From the NCBI RefSeq assembly GCF_000143415.4, contig NW_003314342.1, positions 810,319 through 874,318 on the forward strand: a DNA stretch of 64,000 nucleotides. Direction: 5' to 3'. Numbering within the stretch: the stretch's first letter is position 1; each line of letters begins with the position of its first letter. Positions 23,202 through 36,667 of the stretch are shown here, in pieces. The translations under genes were made by a program, and so were the position numbers. Below the pieces are notes generated by a model that made no database searches, was not told where the DNA came from, and saw nothing but the letters and a program-made list of their open reading frames with translations. The DNA is from Selaginella moellendorffii (Eukaryota > Plantae > Lycopodiophyta).

Positions 23202-23656
23202 TGTAAGCTCTTAAATTTGGACTTCTCAGGAGGTCACGTAGCCTAGTACTATTCAAACCTAAGGACACTTAACCCAAATTCACGCCCTCGTGAATAGAAG
23301 TTGAGAACTGCAACTCTTTTAAGAGCTTCGCTCTCTTGACACCCTACCCCTCGGGTCAAGCCTAACAAGAGCAAATTGGACTAATTAAATGTCAATCAAT
23401 ATGTGGTGTGATTTCCGTAACCAACCAATAGAGTTGGAGTCGAAACCGCTTTAATACCAAATGTAAGCTTCTAAATTTAGATTTCTTAGGAGGTCACTCA
23501 GCCCAATACTATTCAAACCCAAGAACGTTTAACCCTAAATATCTTAAAACCCTTAACCAATTAGAAAAAGGGGTGCACTCTTGTTTATGGGCTCTTTCCT
23601 TCTATATTTGAACCCTTATGGACCATTTCTCGAGTTATTCTCTTTGGTTGCTTATA
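23202..23656 (-). mobile_element. Cassandra-like 5S-containing TRIM (3' LTR partly deleted)
   Basis: Reverse 5S-like segments at ~23219-23274 and ~23480-23535. Reverse PBS at ~23448-23459. Exact TSD TAATT at 23197-23201 and 23657-23661. Confidence 0.8.
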
Positions 23657-23737
23657 TAATTTTAGAGCATTTAAGCTAAGACTAACATGTAAATCAAAGC
23701 TAAATTTATGAGATTTGAAGAAAAGATTTAACACTTA

Positions 23738-23915
23738 TATAAGCTCAGGATGTCACCTAACCTAGTACTATTCAAACCCAAGGATACTTAACCTCAAATA
23801 TCCCAAAACCCTTAACCGATTGGAAAAGAAATGCACTTTTATTGATAGGCCCTTTTCCTTTTATATTTGAACCCCATAGATTGTCTTTTAAATCATTTTT
23901 TTTTCGTTGCTTATA
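23738..23915 (-). mobile_element. Solo LTR of the Cassandra-like TRIM
   Basis: Reverse complement of the LTR at 40724-40919 including the 5S box. Near-perfect TSD ACTTA/ACTTT. Confidence 0.75.
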
Positions 23916-24479
23916 ACTTTCTTCCACGCATTCACCAAAAACCTTTGTAGCAATTATTGAAAGCAATTACTACTTTTTTTTGCCACTACTCAAAGAATGC
24001 TTAGTAGTGGTGTTTGTCCACTACTTCCAACCATTTCCTATCTTGTAATTTAAATTTGGTGCTTTGTTTGGTGGTTATTTCTAAAAATTGTTATAATTGT
24101 AGTCATTGCAATTCAAAAAAGAGGAATCTTCTTTATTTTACTATGTTTAGTTTGTTACTAATACACTTGCATCAAGTTCACCTTATATATTGGTTTATTT
24201 AACATATGTTAAGTAAAAACAAATGGTGCTAGACTTTAATTTTCTTTTAGCCTAAAGCTTGAATGGTAAGTCTTTTATGAGTATCAATTAATATGTGAGT
24301 TGGAAATCTTTCTTCGCTAGGAATCTTTCATTTTGATACATTTAGTTTTATTTCTACTCGAAGATCTTTATATTGGTTTATGAAGGCACTTGGAAACCAT
24401 ATCTTCTTACCCTATCTATCTTTATTGCTAGAATCTAGAGGAATCATGCTCTAGAGAAAGTTATAAAAGAATGTTACTC

Positions 24480-25009
24480 AGCTTCTATGCTCTATTCTGT
24501 ATCTACTTTGCTAACTAAAATATCAATTAGGATGAAATGACCAAATTTCTTGGCATAACTCAATTATTGGTATTTACAGCCCATAACACTAACTATGAAG
24601 CCTTGTCCTTTAACCAAGTTCAAGCTTGAAGTTTGGTGGAATCAAAATAAATTGCATCATCAAAGAAATAATGTGTCTTATTAGCTTAAACAAGTAACCA
24701 CAATATAATCACTTTTTAGTAATGCCTAAGAACTATGCAAATATGTATAAAACTTTTCAAAACCCCAAATTATTGCTAAACACTACTACTCTATTGCAAA
24801 ATAATTCACTTCCACTAGTTTTAATGTATAGTTAATGTATGCAATGCAATGGTACTGACCAGGCATACTCAGGCTCTTTTGCATCAACACACCACCAAAA
24901 TCGATATCAAAAACATCCATGCACAAAATGAAAAGTTGAGTGTAGTTATGATATGCCAAAATTGGGGAAGTCATCTATAATTGTTAATGCCCACTCCTAA
25001 TTCACAGAT
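24480..25009 (-). mobile_element. Decayed gypsy RNase H remnant
   Basis: SPILAYHNYTQLFILCMD...GGVLMQ...IAY...NY..IE. Paralog at ~58310-58821. Confidence 0.7.
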
Positions 25010-28000
25010 TGTAAATGACTAAATTTTCCATTCTACTTTAATCACTTAACCACACCTCCAGCCACTTGTAGGAGTCTCACGCATAACCTCCATAATGTGA
25101 AACACAAATCCCAAAGCCCCAAAATAAAGTCGAAAGGGTGCCATGTGGTAGTGGCTGCAGCAAAAGCCAAACAAGCATAACACGTTTGGGCTAAAAGCTC
25201 TGACTTGAAAAGTCGAGAGCGGGAGTGGAACTCCCAACAAACTCCCAACTTCCAACTCCATCTCGGGTCCATCTCGGGTCCATCTCGGACTCCATCTCAG
25301 ATCCATCTCGGACTCCAACTCGGGTCCATCTCAGACTCTATCTTGGGTCCATCTCGGACTCCAACTCGGGTCCATCTCGGACTCCATCTCGGGTCCATCT
25401 CGGACTCCATTTCGGGTCCATCTCAAACTCCATCTCGGATCCATCTTGGACTCCAACTCGGGTCCATCTCGTACTCTTCCACGTGTCATGTGTTGGTCCT
25501 CTTGTGTCCCTTTTCTAGAGACTCACTTATTGCTTGCTTTGTGCTTGTTTGTCGAGCACTTCATTGGGAGTTCCACTCCTGCTCTCGACCTTTCAAGTCA
25601 GAGCTTTTAGTCCAAACGTGTTATGCTCATTTGGATTTCGCTTCAACCATTACCACATAGCACCCTTTCGGCTCCACTTTGGGGCCTAGGGATTTTGTGT
25701 CTCACAACTCCACCACTTATAGACAAAGTTCGATGTCCTCATCGAACAATAAACTATTTTATAAAGTAATACCAACATGTATTACCTTTTCCATTCTTAA
25801 CACTTCACCAATATTCGTCAATGGTTTGATATCGAAGGCTCACCATGCCTTGCCCATCCTCTAAAGAGGACAGTCTCTCCAATTTAGAGACTGATTGGAC
25901 CATTTGTGGTGGTTCTCTCTTTTTATTGGTTTAATTCTCATTAAACTTGTTAGAAACACTGTCTTTATCTCAATCCCTCTATTCCTTCTCGAGTAGTTTT
26001 AGTTTCCATTGATATAACCTTTTCACTTTGGAACTTTTACTTTTGACTTCTTGAGGTCAATTTCTTAGGTGTCTCTGACACCTTGCATTGCACATATTGT
26101 GCAACTCCAATTTCCCATCCTAGGAAGCACTCTACTTGAGGGCAATATCATCCTCTTTTCTATTTCGTGCCACCTTGGGCACTAAGTTCTAGTTATCATA
26201 ATTTGTGCTAGGGCTGTCCATGGCCCTATCATTTGGCTACTTTACCGCTCCTTTCCTTGGAGCTTCCACTTTCGCCAAATTGGAGCAATTGGGAATCCAT
26301 TCTTGGAAACACATTGCCTTTCCCACAATTCGTTAACACCCAACACATTAGTGTTCTTGGCCTAACTTTGCCTTTTGGATTCTTTCCCATGATTCCTATG
26401 GCTCTTTTTTTAGCCGCTAGTCTTTTGCTCCTATCCTTGATTATTCCACTCAGCAATATCGGATCACTACCTCCATTCTTGAGGTATCTGTAAGCCACAA
26501 ATTTTTCCTTTCCATTTTGCCAGCTTACCTTATCTATCCAACCAACACTGCCTTGGCTTTAGCTAAGTTCCCTCGCCAAGGTTCTCGCCTATGGTACCAG
26601 CTCTTACTTGGTCCTACTTGGTTTCAATTACTCACTACACGAGCAATAGAGTGTTAGCCATCCATCCACGGATTCCCAAATCTTTCCCAATCCCCCTCCC
26701 CGGGTTAGACTAGACTTAAGGTTCGGCTACACTCCCCGCAGGCACAAGCAGTTAAGCACACCAAGCTTCCAGGTTCCTAACATCCCTTGATACCACAAGA
26801 CTTAATTATAGGACCCTCTAAATCCCAAGCCTTGGGTGCAACACTTACTTCGGGACACCAGGGTGAAACACCGTGGCCTAATGGCCTAGTATGGGTACCT
26901 CTACCCCCCTACTTCCATCCCGAAGGGAAGGTCCAAGCCCTTAGGAAGGGCGAGGACCAATGAGCCACAAGGTACTTAAGTGAGGCACCACTCCACATGA
27001 GCCGGAAGCATTGTAGTCGGTTTTCCTTTCGGGAGTGGGAGCTGCTCTTGAGCACTTCCTTAAGTGGCCCTCTGGCACCACCCGAGTCCATGCTCACTCC
27101 CACCCAAGGCCCCTCAGCCCCAGTCTCAACCTCAAGTCAATTTGGAAGCACCACCAATTTGGAAGTCCTTCAAGACTGGTTCCTGGACCTCCCTATCCCT
27201 ACTATACTTTTGGAACCCCCTGCAGCCCCCCCCCCCCTGGGAGACGCACGCTTTGGGCTTTCACCCCTTGACCTGTATTAATACTCGAACTCGGTTTTGG
27301 ACTCGATCTCGGACCCGACTTTGGACTCGGTCTTGGACTCGATCTCAGACTCGATCTCGGACTCGACTTCAGACTCGACCTCGGACTCTGTCTCGGACCC
27401 GATCTCGAATCTCGGACTCTGTCTCGAACTCGATCTCGAACTCAATCTTGAACTCGGTCTCTGTATCGGCCTCGGACTCGATCCCGGACTCTATCTCGAA
27501 CTCGGTCTCAGAGTCAGTCTTGGACTCGATCTCAGACTCGGTCCCATCCGATGAACTCTTTGTCATTTCGGTCATGCTTTCGGGGATCCTTTAGCCTACG
27601 ACACCTCGGGGAGTTGGTTCTTTACAGTATCCTTTCAGTTCCATAGCAAGGACTTTGCTTTGCCAAGTCCAGAGGGTGTTCACCTCTAGTACATCTCTTT
27701 AGCATTTTCTACTATGGGCTCTATCCCTGGCCCAACTTTGTGACCCTCCCATGGGTTTGTTATAAAGACTACTTTCTTCGGACTCACTATGCCATCGCAT
27801 TATCACAGATCATTTCCCTTAGGTGTTCTTCCCACTTGGTCACCTGACCAAGCCACACCGTCATCAATAGTTCAAATCAACACTTTGAACTAGAAACCTT
27901 ATCCCTTAACCTCACAAGGACTTTGTCCTTATTTTAGCCATAAGATCACCTAGTGATTTAACCTTGACACCTTAACAGATTTGCCAATAAGTACTAAGTT

Positions 28001-30135
28001 TTCCAAACCTTTAAGTTGTTCACCATGACCCCGGGGGCATCCCTCACACTTGGCAGTGCACCCAAGCCAGCCCTTCCGGCTGAGGGTCCATAGCAACTGA
28101 GACTAGGTGTCCCCATCTCACTCACCACGCCCTTAGTGCCACTCGCACAAAAGTGTTCAAGTTAGATATGCCGAGCCACACTAAGCAATTTAACTGTACA
28201 TCACGACTCCGGGGCATCCCCCGCTTGGCGGTATGCCCAAGCCAGTCTAAGAGTCTATGACCACGGAAAAATGAGTGTCCTCATATTTCAAACCATCACC
28301 GCGCCCTAGTGAGTTGGAACTTAAACCCAAGCATTAGAGGGTCGGGACTTAAACCCAGCCTCCATATATACATCTACGGAAAGCATCGCCTAAGATGTCT
28401 AGCATGACTCCCCACGCCAGTGCACCAACTTATAGTTAAAGTGCACTACAAATCACAGCTTAGGAACCTAGTTCCTTCGCACTGCCAAGCCCTTTCACTT
28501 GACAAGTCTGTGATCATGCATGAACTCCTCCATGCTTGGCCCCATGGGCCACCCTTTTTTAAGTTGGCACCTTCAACTAGGGGATTTGTTCCCCTAACTT
28601 GCCAATCTCACTTAGCAAGTCATCCGACCAACGTAACATGGTTTCATGCACAAGCGTGAAAGTCCTTGACCATCGACTTTCATTCAAAGCCATCCCTTTG
28701 AGCACTTGGGAACTGCTTCCCCAACCTTGATAGCATTGTGTTATAACAAGTTTCAAGGCCACACTTTTGCTGCACCACTCTAATTTCACACGTTCTATGA
28801 ACTATTTACACTTGGTTTTCTAGGTACTAAGTTACCTAGAATTGTCTTTGGGAACCTTTAAAGGAACTCTGTCCCTTAGCTTGCTAAGGCCTCTCCTTTC
28901 GTAAGCTTTTTAATTGCCATATGGTTTAACATTGACAATTCCATGCTTTAGACTCTCCATGGCATCACGGTTGCTAGTAACAACATGCTTGAGCACCCAC
29001 TTGATTTTCCACTCCCAACTGGCATAACCACCTTTAGTTATGCAATTCGATTCCTATGGTTTGGTTCTATCCCCTTACTACTTGCTTTTGGCCTCACACA
29101 TTTCCCTTGGTTATTCTCCTTTAGACTAGGAGGATAGTTTTGCACTTTTTACTATGTCGTAGCAAATATTCTTAAGGATGAACATACTTGATAGCCTAGG
29201 GAGTGGTTCCTCAATCCGGGTATGCTCAACTTATAATCCCACACACCGGGATTAATGTTGCTACTTATGGGCTTTTATATGCCTATCACTAGCCTTGCCA
29301 AAATTCCATTTTGGCTTTGTCCAATTCAGGTAAACAATCTTTTCTTGTCTTCGCAACTTTGAACGTTTGGATAGCACCTTCTATCCATCATTTGCAAAGG
29401 ACTTAGTCCTTTGGGCCTTATTTATTGCCCTCGTGACATTAAATACCACCTCCTGGTGTTCTAGAGTGTTTGGGTGTCCCAATGATGGCCTCTTTGACAA
29501 TAATATAACATTGACTTACTATATCACAACATAAGCAATTTATCCCCCGTAAAGGTATATCTAGCTTTCTTATACCATTAAGAAGTTTTGGGTAACTACC
29601 TTCTACCTGTTTAACCAATTATCTTGCACCTCTTGCTTAGTTGCTTCATAGTTGTCAAGTCTTACAACTCATTGCTAGTGATTCTACACCTCCATCATTA
29701 TTTGGGTCACCACACTTTAACCGCATGCCTTCCAGCTTAAGCCATACCATTCCCATTTCCATTAGGATTCCTCTGGGAAGAGGCTCTCATTACCCTGCCA
29801 ACTTAACCTCAGGGCATCACGCCTTGGCACATTTGGTGTCTCCACATTATCGACTCCACGAACCTACATTTACAACACTTCTTTCTCGTGTCTAGGTCCT
29901 TGCCAAGACCAATACAGTTCTTTTTCATGCTAACTATCTATTAGCATTGCACCATAAAATTTACACACAACTTTGTGTCAAAGTTGCTTTCTTTTTGGGA
30001 ACACCTTTTCCACGACTTTAGTATGACACATTCTGCCATTAATGAGATACCCACGGTTCTCATACTTGGATTATATGATCTTCCCCATCCTTTATGGGGT
30101 ACAACACACCTCAGTCCAAATGCTTCCACCAGTCC
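25010..30135 (-). mobile_element. Second, older and truncated LARD copy with a rearranged 3' LTR (25010-25706)
   Basis: Reverse complement of ~1510-5330 plus the LTR end. Interrupted by the solo LTR at 26489-27626. Confidence 0.88.
26489..27626 (-). mobile_element. Solo LTR of a related family nested in the LARD
   Basis: TG...CA ends and exact TSD GTATC at 26484-26488 and 27627-27631. Has its own CTCGGA/CTCGAT hexamer array at ~27283-27545. Confidence 0.9.
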
Positions 30136-30139
30136 TCCA

Positions 30140-31335
30140 AGTCAGCAGTCACCTCCAATATATCATAGAGAACTTTGTCCATCATTTATTAAAAAGTCAT
30201 TAAAGCATTATTTAAACCACTAAAAACTTGTACAAACTAAAAAATGTATAAAAAATAGTCATAGGAACATCTTCCTCAGCTATTAACATTTACCAATACC
30301 CAAAAGTAAAATCTAATTTTATGAATTAATAACTTCTCCCCAGGCAATTTAGAAGATCAATAGTGTGAGGAAGAGGGTACATATTTGAGATAGTCGCCTC
30401 ATTAACAAATGATAGTCAATACAGAAGTGAATACTCCCATTAGGTTTCATCAGAAGATGGGGTTCACATGCCTGAGGATTTGAGACTTTCAAATAATACC
30501 CTTCTCTAACATCTCCTTGATGTTCAAACATAAAATCTTAATCCCCTTTGAGAATCTCCGTATCAAGACCTTCTACTATAGCAGCACTAACAGGACATTG
30601 TTAACATCAAAGCCTGCACCCAGGAAATCAAGGATGCCAATCCAAAAAATGCCAACAATAATGATATGTATGGCCACTCCTAGCAACAGATATCATAACC
30701 ATGATCATATCTTTGTCTTTGTTTTTGGACAAGAGCAACAACATCAATCTCCATCAGAATAGAACCATCTCCCACATGAAGTGGAGCTGAAAGACATATA
30801 ATAAGAAGTGGAAGAGGCAATGTTTCATAATGTTGTATCAGTCAAAAAAACATTGTAAAGGGTGATTAGAGCAAATGCATATACAAATCCCACAAGATAT
30901 TGATGAAATGTTGGCCTTAATATTCCAACTTGATCCGCTCCAACATATTTGGCTCTGCATGAAGCAAGAGGCTTTGAAAATAAATGCTAAATTGCATCAC
31001 TGACTCAAATGGCCTAAAAGGCATCACCATAATCATCAATATGTCCAAATACATACTTGAAGATATCCAAGAGAATGCTCCAATCTGCATGAGTGGTTGC
31101 ATTCAAATTATTTGTACTATGGCAATGTTATCCTTTGTAAACACTAAGCATCATCTCAAAAATGATAAGTAGCAATCACAATAAAATGATCGAACCAATG
31201 GTATACATCATCTTTAGAATTTCTATGGAAAAACTCTAGCCATACATGAGGATTAACAGTAATAGTAGGAGGAGCTGTAACATACACCGTAAATGCTGCC
31301 ATCAACTAAGCTTGATTATTCAATTGCAACCATAT
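30140..31335 (-). mobile_element. Decayed gypsy gag/RT remnant
   Basis: KPNGSIHFCIDY (RT start motif) and MEID-like gag end. A longer paralog lies at ~60690-62635. Confidence 0.6.
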
Positions 31336-31338
31336 AGT

Positions 31339-31735
31339 TATAAGCAACTAAAAAGAATGATAGAGAATGCCGGTGTATCAAATAAGTTTCAAGTCCGACT
31401 CTATTAGTTGACTAAGGGAATCACACTATATATTGAGATTCTAGGCTTAACTCGAAGGTAAGATGTCAAGGCTCTCAAGAGAGCTGTGACTTTTAGCTTT
31501 CATTCACGAAGATGTGAACTTATAGGGAAGTGTGGTGGATTATAAATGACTAAAATGAACAATTCAAGAAATGATTCATAAAAGTTTAAATATAAAGGGA
31601 AAATATCCAAGAAAAAAAATATACCTCTTTTTTAAATTGATTAAGAGTTTTGGGATATTTAGAATTAAGTGTTTTTGGGTTTAAATAATATTAAACTGAA
31701 TGACTTCTCGAGAAATTCAAATTCAAAAGTTTAAA
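31339..31735 (+). mobile_element. Degenerate Cassandra-like TRIM
   Basis: Internal domain, PPT AGGGAAGTGTGGTGGAT and decayed 5S box are collinear with 40920-41303. Confidence 0.7.
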
Positions 31736-31869
31736 ATTGCATTGAACAATTGCACTAATTGCTCCTCCAAAGTCAAAGGAGGAGGAAGCTACTCTCACAA
31801 AAATGTGCATTTTAATTATCCCGAAACCCCTAGTTTATATAATCTGGATTGAAATCAATCCAACGCCTC

Positions 31870-33614
31870 TATGCCCAAGATTATGATCCTTAAAAGTAGC
31901 TCCCCCTATTCACCTTTGTCTACAATACCCCTAGACAATAATGATTGGAGAGGCTTAAATAGAAGTTTGTAGCCATCTGGTGTCTCCTTGAACTGTTAGA
32001 TACACACTAATGCAGCTTCAGAAAGAAGCGGCTTAGTTACCTATGTAGTAAATAACCTAGATTGGCTTAGCATATGACCCATAATTAGATCTTTCATGAG
32101 TTTGGATAGAAATCCCATATCTGGTTCCCATAATGCAAACATGCTCACTGTACTAGGTGATATAACCAAGGTAAGCTTATACTGCACAATCCAAAATACT
32201 GGTTCGAAACGCCTCTGCTTTACATGCATCTGTAGCACGCTCAAGCCATCAGTGAGGATCCTGGCAGGATTCAAATGCATAAATAGCAGGATCCTGAGCA
32301 AGGTTGCTCAAGTAGAGAGACCACCAAAGCAGTCGGCCATACTTGAGCATCCACTCATTACTAACCACCTCAAAACAATTCCCCTGTGTAGATGTAGCCA
32401 GCAGAGTGTGCTGTTTTCCCCGATATCTCCCTTAAAGAAGGCAATCAAAGGAGACGGAAGAAAAAACCCAGGGACCAGATTCCGACTCTGCAAAGAAGGA
32501 TAGCACCACTCGGGTTCTAAGAAATTGGTGACCCTGGATGTAGTGTCTATGAACAGAGTTAAACATGTTCCACCTAACACTTGTGTAGATCTTCGAAGTG
32601 GGATGTACACGTTTTCTTCAAGAATATAACTCTGGAAGACTTCAGTGGCTTTAGTCTCCCATGTCGTCCATAGTTCAACTGAGTACTAGCCTGTATCTTC
32701 TTGAGAAACTTAAGTTTCCATTCAAGTTTTTTTATCCGATTCGGTCAAAATCCCTTTCCACCATCTACCGTCATCATGTTTGAAAACACTTGCAGCGTCC
32801 ACGGCTCCTCTTTCCCTAGTCCTCCACCCAGCTCCTCAATGCATGCAATCCAGTAAGCCAGACAGTAGGTCATGCATGCGAGATGGCCTGCGTAATCTCC
32901 ATTTCCCAGTGCCTGCCTTGCACGGCCGAGGAAAGCATTTCTAAAATATGAGGGCTGAGGATAACAGGAGCCAGAACCCAGCGACAAGTAAATGACCCAA
33001 ACCTGTTTCCGATGTAACTCTCGAACCACCCTCGACTTACCCCAGCCGCTGGACTGGAAGAGACCAACGATACGTGAAAAATCAGTCTCCTTCTTGATTT
33101 TGTTTGGGGCGTCGTAAAACGAGTCTACTCCACTGCCCTGATAGTCGATGTCAAATGCTCGACCTGTAGCAGCAGCAAACATAAACATTCATGCAAACTG
33201 ACACACTTACTTGCCATCTTTAACTCTATGCCATGTTGTGGACTTGTGCTTGTACTGCTACTGCTCCTCCAGTGTCAGCTTGTACCAGCAAGCTCTATAG
33301 ATTTCATCAAGCCATTCCTCGCCGTTCAGCTTCTTGTGGATACACTCCCAAGATTTGAAAAGAAGCTCTGGGTACTTCTCCAACACCATTCTCACTTTTG
33401 ATTCCTGTGCCTCGTTGTCTGCTTGTTGCAGCGCCATTTCAAGTACATACTGTGGGCCGATGCCTTTGTGTTTCTCTTGCTGCTCTGGCGACAACTTGTC
33501 CCAACTCTCAAGCAGCAGATCCAAATACATCAGCTTCCTGTCAGAATTGAAACCTTCAAAAACATCGAACAGGTTCTTCGGGCTTTGACGATATCTCATC
33601 TCCAGCAATCGCAT
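31870..33614 (-). pseudogene. Decayed P-loop NTPase of the fungal/oomycete QSSGxGKSR type (Crinkler-associated NTPase-like)
   Basis: Walker A GLFQSSGWGKSR and motifs YIxL...YP, IDTTSRVTNF, PLLSEAA, GIVDKGExGELLLRI. Walker B region is deleted here but present in the paralog at 63473-63925. Multiple stops. Confidence 0.7.
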
Positions 33615-33756
33615 TTGCTCTTGGGCAGATAGCAGCAGCTCTCGTCACTCTCTTCTCGAATCCTCTTTCGGGCTTCTCCCCAATCCTCTTGTTGGCCATA
33701 GTTGGGGCTAGGGTTTGTAATTGTGGATCCCCAAGTGTGGAAGCATGGTGGAAGTT

Positions 33757-33812
33757 GATACCAAATTGTAAACAACTAAATTTTTCATTCTACTTTAGTC
33801 ACTTAACCACAC
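33757..33812 (-). mobile_element. Short LARD LTR-end/PBS fragment
   Basis: GATACCAAATTGTAAAC...CTACTTTAGTCACTTAACCACAC is the reverse complement of ~709-763. Confidence 0.65.
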
Positions 33813-33819
33813 TTCTAAG

Positions 33820-34500
33820 AGAGTTCAGGAGCATGCCTTGCCACAGCTTGGTGTCATGGATAAGTCGCACAGGATTTGGAGCAGGAAAAGTTTTCAGGGA
33901 GGACATTTCATCAATGAGATGCTCAGCTTCTTGCAGTCTCTAACACTGTGCGAGGAGATCAATCATACAGATATAGTGATCTGGAGAGGCTGAAATTATG
34001 CCCTGGAAATTCTGGTGGCCGTTCCTGAGTGGCTACATGTTGCCAGAAGGTTGAGAAAAGTGATTTGGTTTGGGGGAATTCCCTCGAGCTTCATTGCCTG
34101 GAAGATCTCTAGTGCTGCTTCCTCCGATTCAATGTAGGCAGTGAGCATCGCAGTCCAGGAGATCACGTCGCGCTCAGGCATGGAATCAAACACGGGTCTC
34201 GCGTCTAGGGAATTGCAATCTTCTTCGATGCCACGGCAACCAAGACTCGTCCGCGCTCCAGGCTGGGGATCGCCGCACAGGCATTGATCACCAGAGTGAA
34301 GGAAACCTCCTCGACCAAGACTCCCTCCAGATCCATGCGCACAAAGATCACGAGGGATTCTGGCGCGAATCCACTGACTGGCCCCCCCAGGAGACAGCAT
34401 CCTTGCGATCACCAGCAGCCTCTTCAGTCCCACTGCTCTCCACCTTCACAATTGAAATGCTGGCCCACACAGACTGCATTAACGAGATTATAAAATCTTT
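33820..34500 (-). pseudogene. PPR gene remnant
   Basis: FDSMPERDVISWTAMLTAY...MKLEGIPPNQITFLNLLATCSHSG with frameshifts. Confidence 0.75.
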
Positions 34501-35389
34501 TGTATATCAAAGTATGTCTATGTAAGAAAAATTGAAGAACATAAGAAAAAGATAAAGAGTATAACCAGGTTTTAGCTTTTTGTGGTATTTTTGTAAATTT
34601 TTGTAACTTCGCTTGTAATGTATGCTAAAATACATCTGTATGTTAACCAACATCACATGTAATATATGAGGTATTCCATCAATTCCAGAATCATCCTTTA
34701 AAGCCCGGAAAGAGCATTGACAAGATCTGAGGCAAACATTTTTTCCTGTGCTTCTTTCTTGTCAGCATCATCATTATCTTTGTCATCACGAATAACTATA
34801 TTCCCATCTAGTAGCATTTGTAAAAGTAGTTGTAGTAAAATAATATAATTTTAGAAAAGATAAAGTCCTTATGAATTTTGTTTTTGGTTTACTTAAGCAA
34901 ACCTGACACACCTAGAATATATTTGGATATTCTAGAATTTTTTACCATTTAACGGTTGTTATTTATTTTCTATAATTTATAAACATGTTTATAATTTATA
35001 AATTTTCCTATACACTTTTTAATATATTATTTTTTATTTTACCATTTAATGGTTGATATTCAATAAGATTAATCTTGTCTTTATAAAGTATATACATATT
35101 TATAATTATAAGTTTTCATTTGATCAATAAATAAGAATAACACTACTATTATGCAAAACAAACATTGCTACAACAAATTTTTTTCTAAAATACTCAATTT
35201 AGTAGTATCTAATTACTTGTACATTTCAATATTTTAAAGTTTATCAAAACCTTCATTTCTTTAATTAAAATTTCCTTTATAAGACTTATAATTAAGTACA
35301 TTGACTTGCATTAAATTAACTTAAACTTCTAAACTTTAACTCAATTTTAGACCACCCCCACTACAGCAGGAACTTTAGATAGCCTTAGC

Positions 35390-36480
35390 TCCTTTCGAGA
35401 GGTTTCTTTCTTCCTACGATCTGCCGGGCAATCCCACCAGGTGAAAGAAATTCACAAGATTATTAGCAGCCACAATAGGTCAATGTTTTCCTTGTGAATC
35501 TCATGTGGGGACATGGTCTAGATTGCCTTCAATCACATCTGCCGACCCAATGTCTTCTGCTCTTGGCGATTGCCCAGAATGGAACCTTGGGACGACGTTC
35601 CAGCATGGTTCGAAGCAATGCCCAAGAGAGATGTTACGACACTACGCAGGTGATGGGAACTTGGATCAAGCCCAGGAACTGTTTGATCGAATGCCGAGAA
35701 GAATGTAGTGGCATGGACTGTGATGGTTACCGCATTTACCCATAAAGGGGATCTAGATAGTGCGAAAACGTTGTTTGATAAGATGCCTGAGAAAAATCCG
35801 GTTTCTTGAGGTGCTCTGATATCGGCTTACGCAGTGCACAATCGGCTTGAAGAAGTGAACCGTTTGTTTGATGCGATGGAGAAATCAAACATTCACGTCT
35901 ACACTGTGATGATCACTGCGTATGCCAAAGCAGGGGAAATTGCAAATACGGAGAGGATGTTTGCTCTCATGCCTGAGAAGGACGTAATCGCTCAAACTAC
36001 AATGCTATAAGCGTTTGCTCACAATGGTCTTGGAGAAGGCAAGCAAGATCTTTGATGTAATCCTTGACAAGTATGAAATGGCGATCAATTGCATATGCTC
36101 AAAAAGGGCAGGCATTTCGTGCAAAGCAAGCGTTTGATTCCACGCCCGCAAAGAAACAAAACATCGTGACTTAGAACTCAATGCTCTCGCTGTTTAATCT
36201 CCGAGCTCTAGAGCTGCTGAAAACCATGCAGCTCGAAAGGATCAAACCAAACGAGATAACTTTCATCGCAGCACTGGGTGCCTGTGCTGACGTCGGCAAG
36301 CTTGAAACTGGACAAGCGTTCCACGCCAAGATCATCGATCAAGGACCATCTTGCTGGTGAATATGTATGGGAAATGCCGTAGACTGTCACAGTCTTCACA
36401 AACCCAAGCAAGCGTCCACGACACTATTTGCTGGATTGTGATGATCATGGCTTTTGAAGACAACCACCACTTGCCGGTCG
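35390..36480 (+). pseudogene. Pseudogene copy of the 15921-17930 PPR gene in inverted orientation
   Basis: DNA is the reverse complement of ~16645-17870 with deletions and stops. Confidence 0.85.
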
Positions 36481-36667
36481 TGTGCTTCATGAGCACCCCA
36501 AAAAACCAGATTTCTCTCCTGTCAAGCAACTCTATTTCGCGATCAAAGTCCCCTTTCTGGGTTGACCCCGGAGCAGCCCAGCGAAGAAAGAAACCTCTCG
36601 AAAGGAAGCTACCTTTTGTGAAACTTCTATTTAAGAGTTCCAAGAATTAGGGTTTGATAGGATTCTT

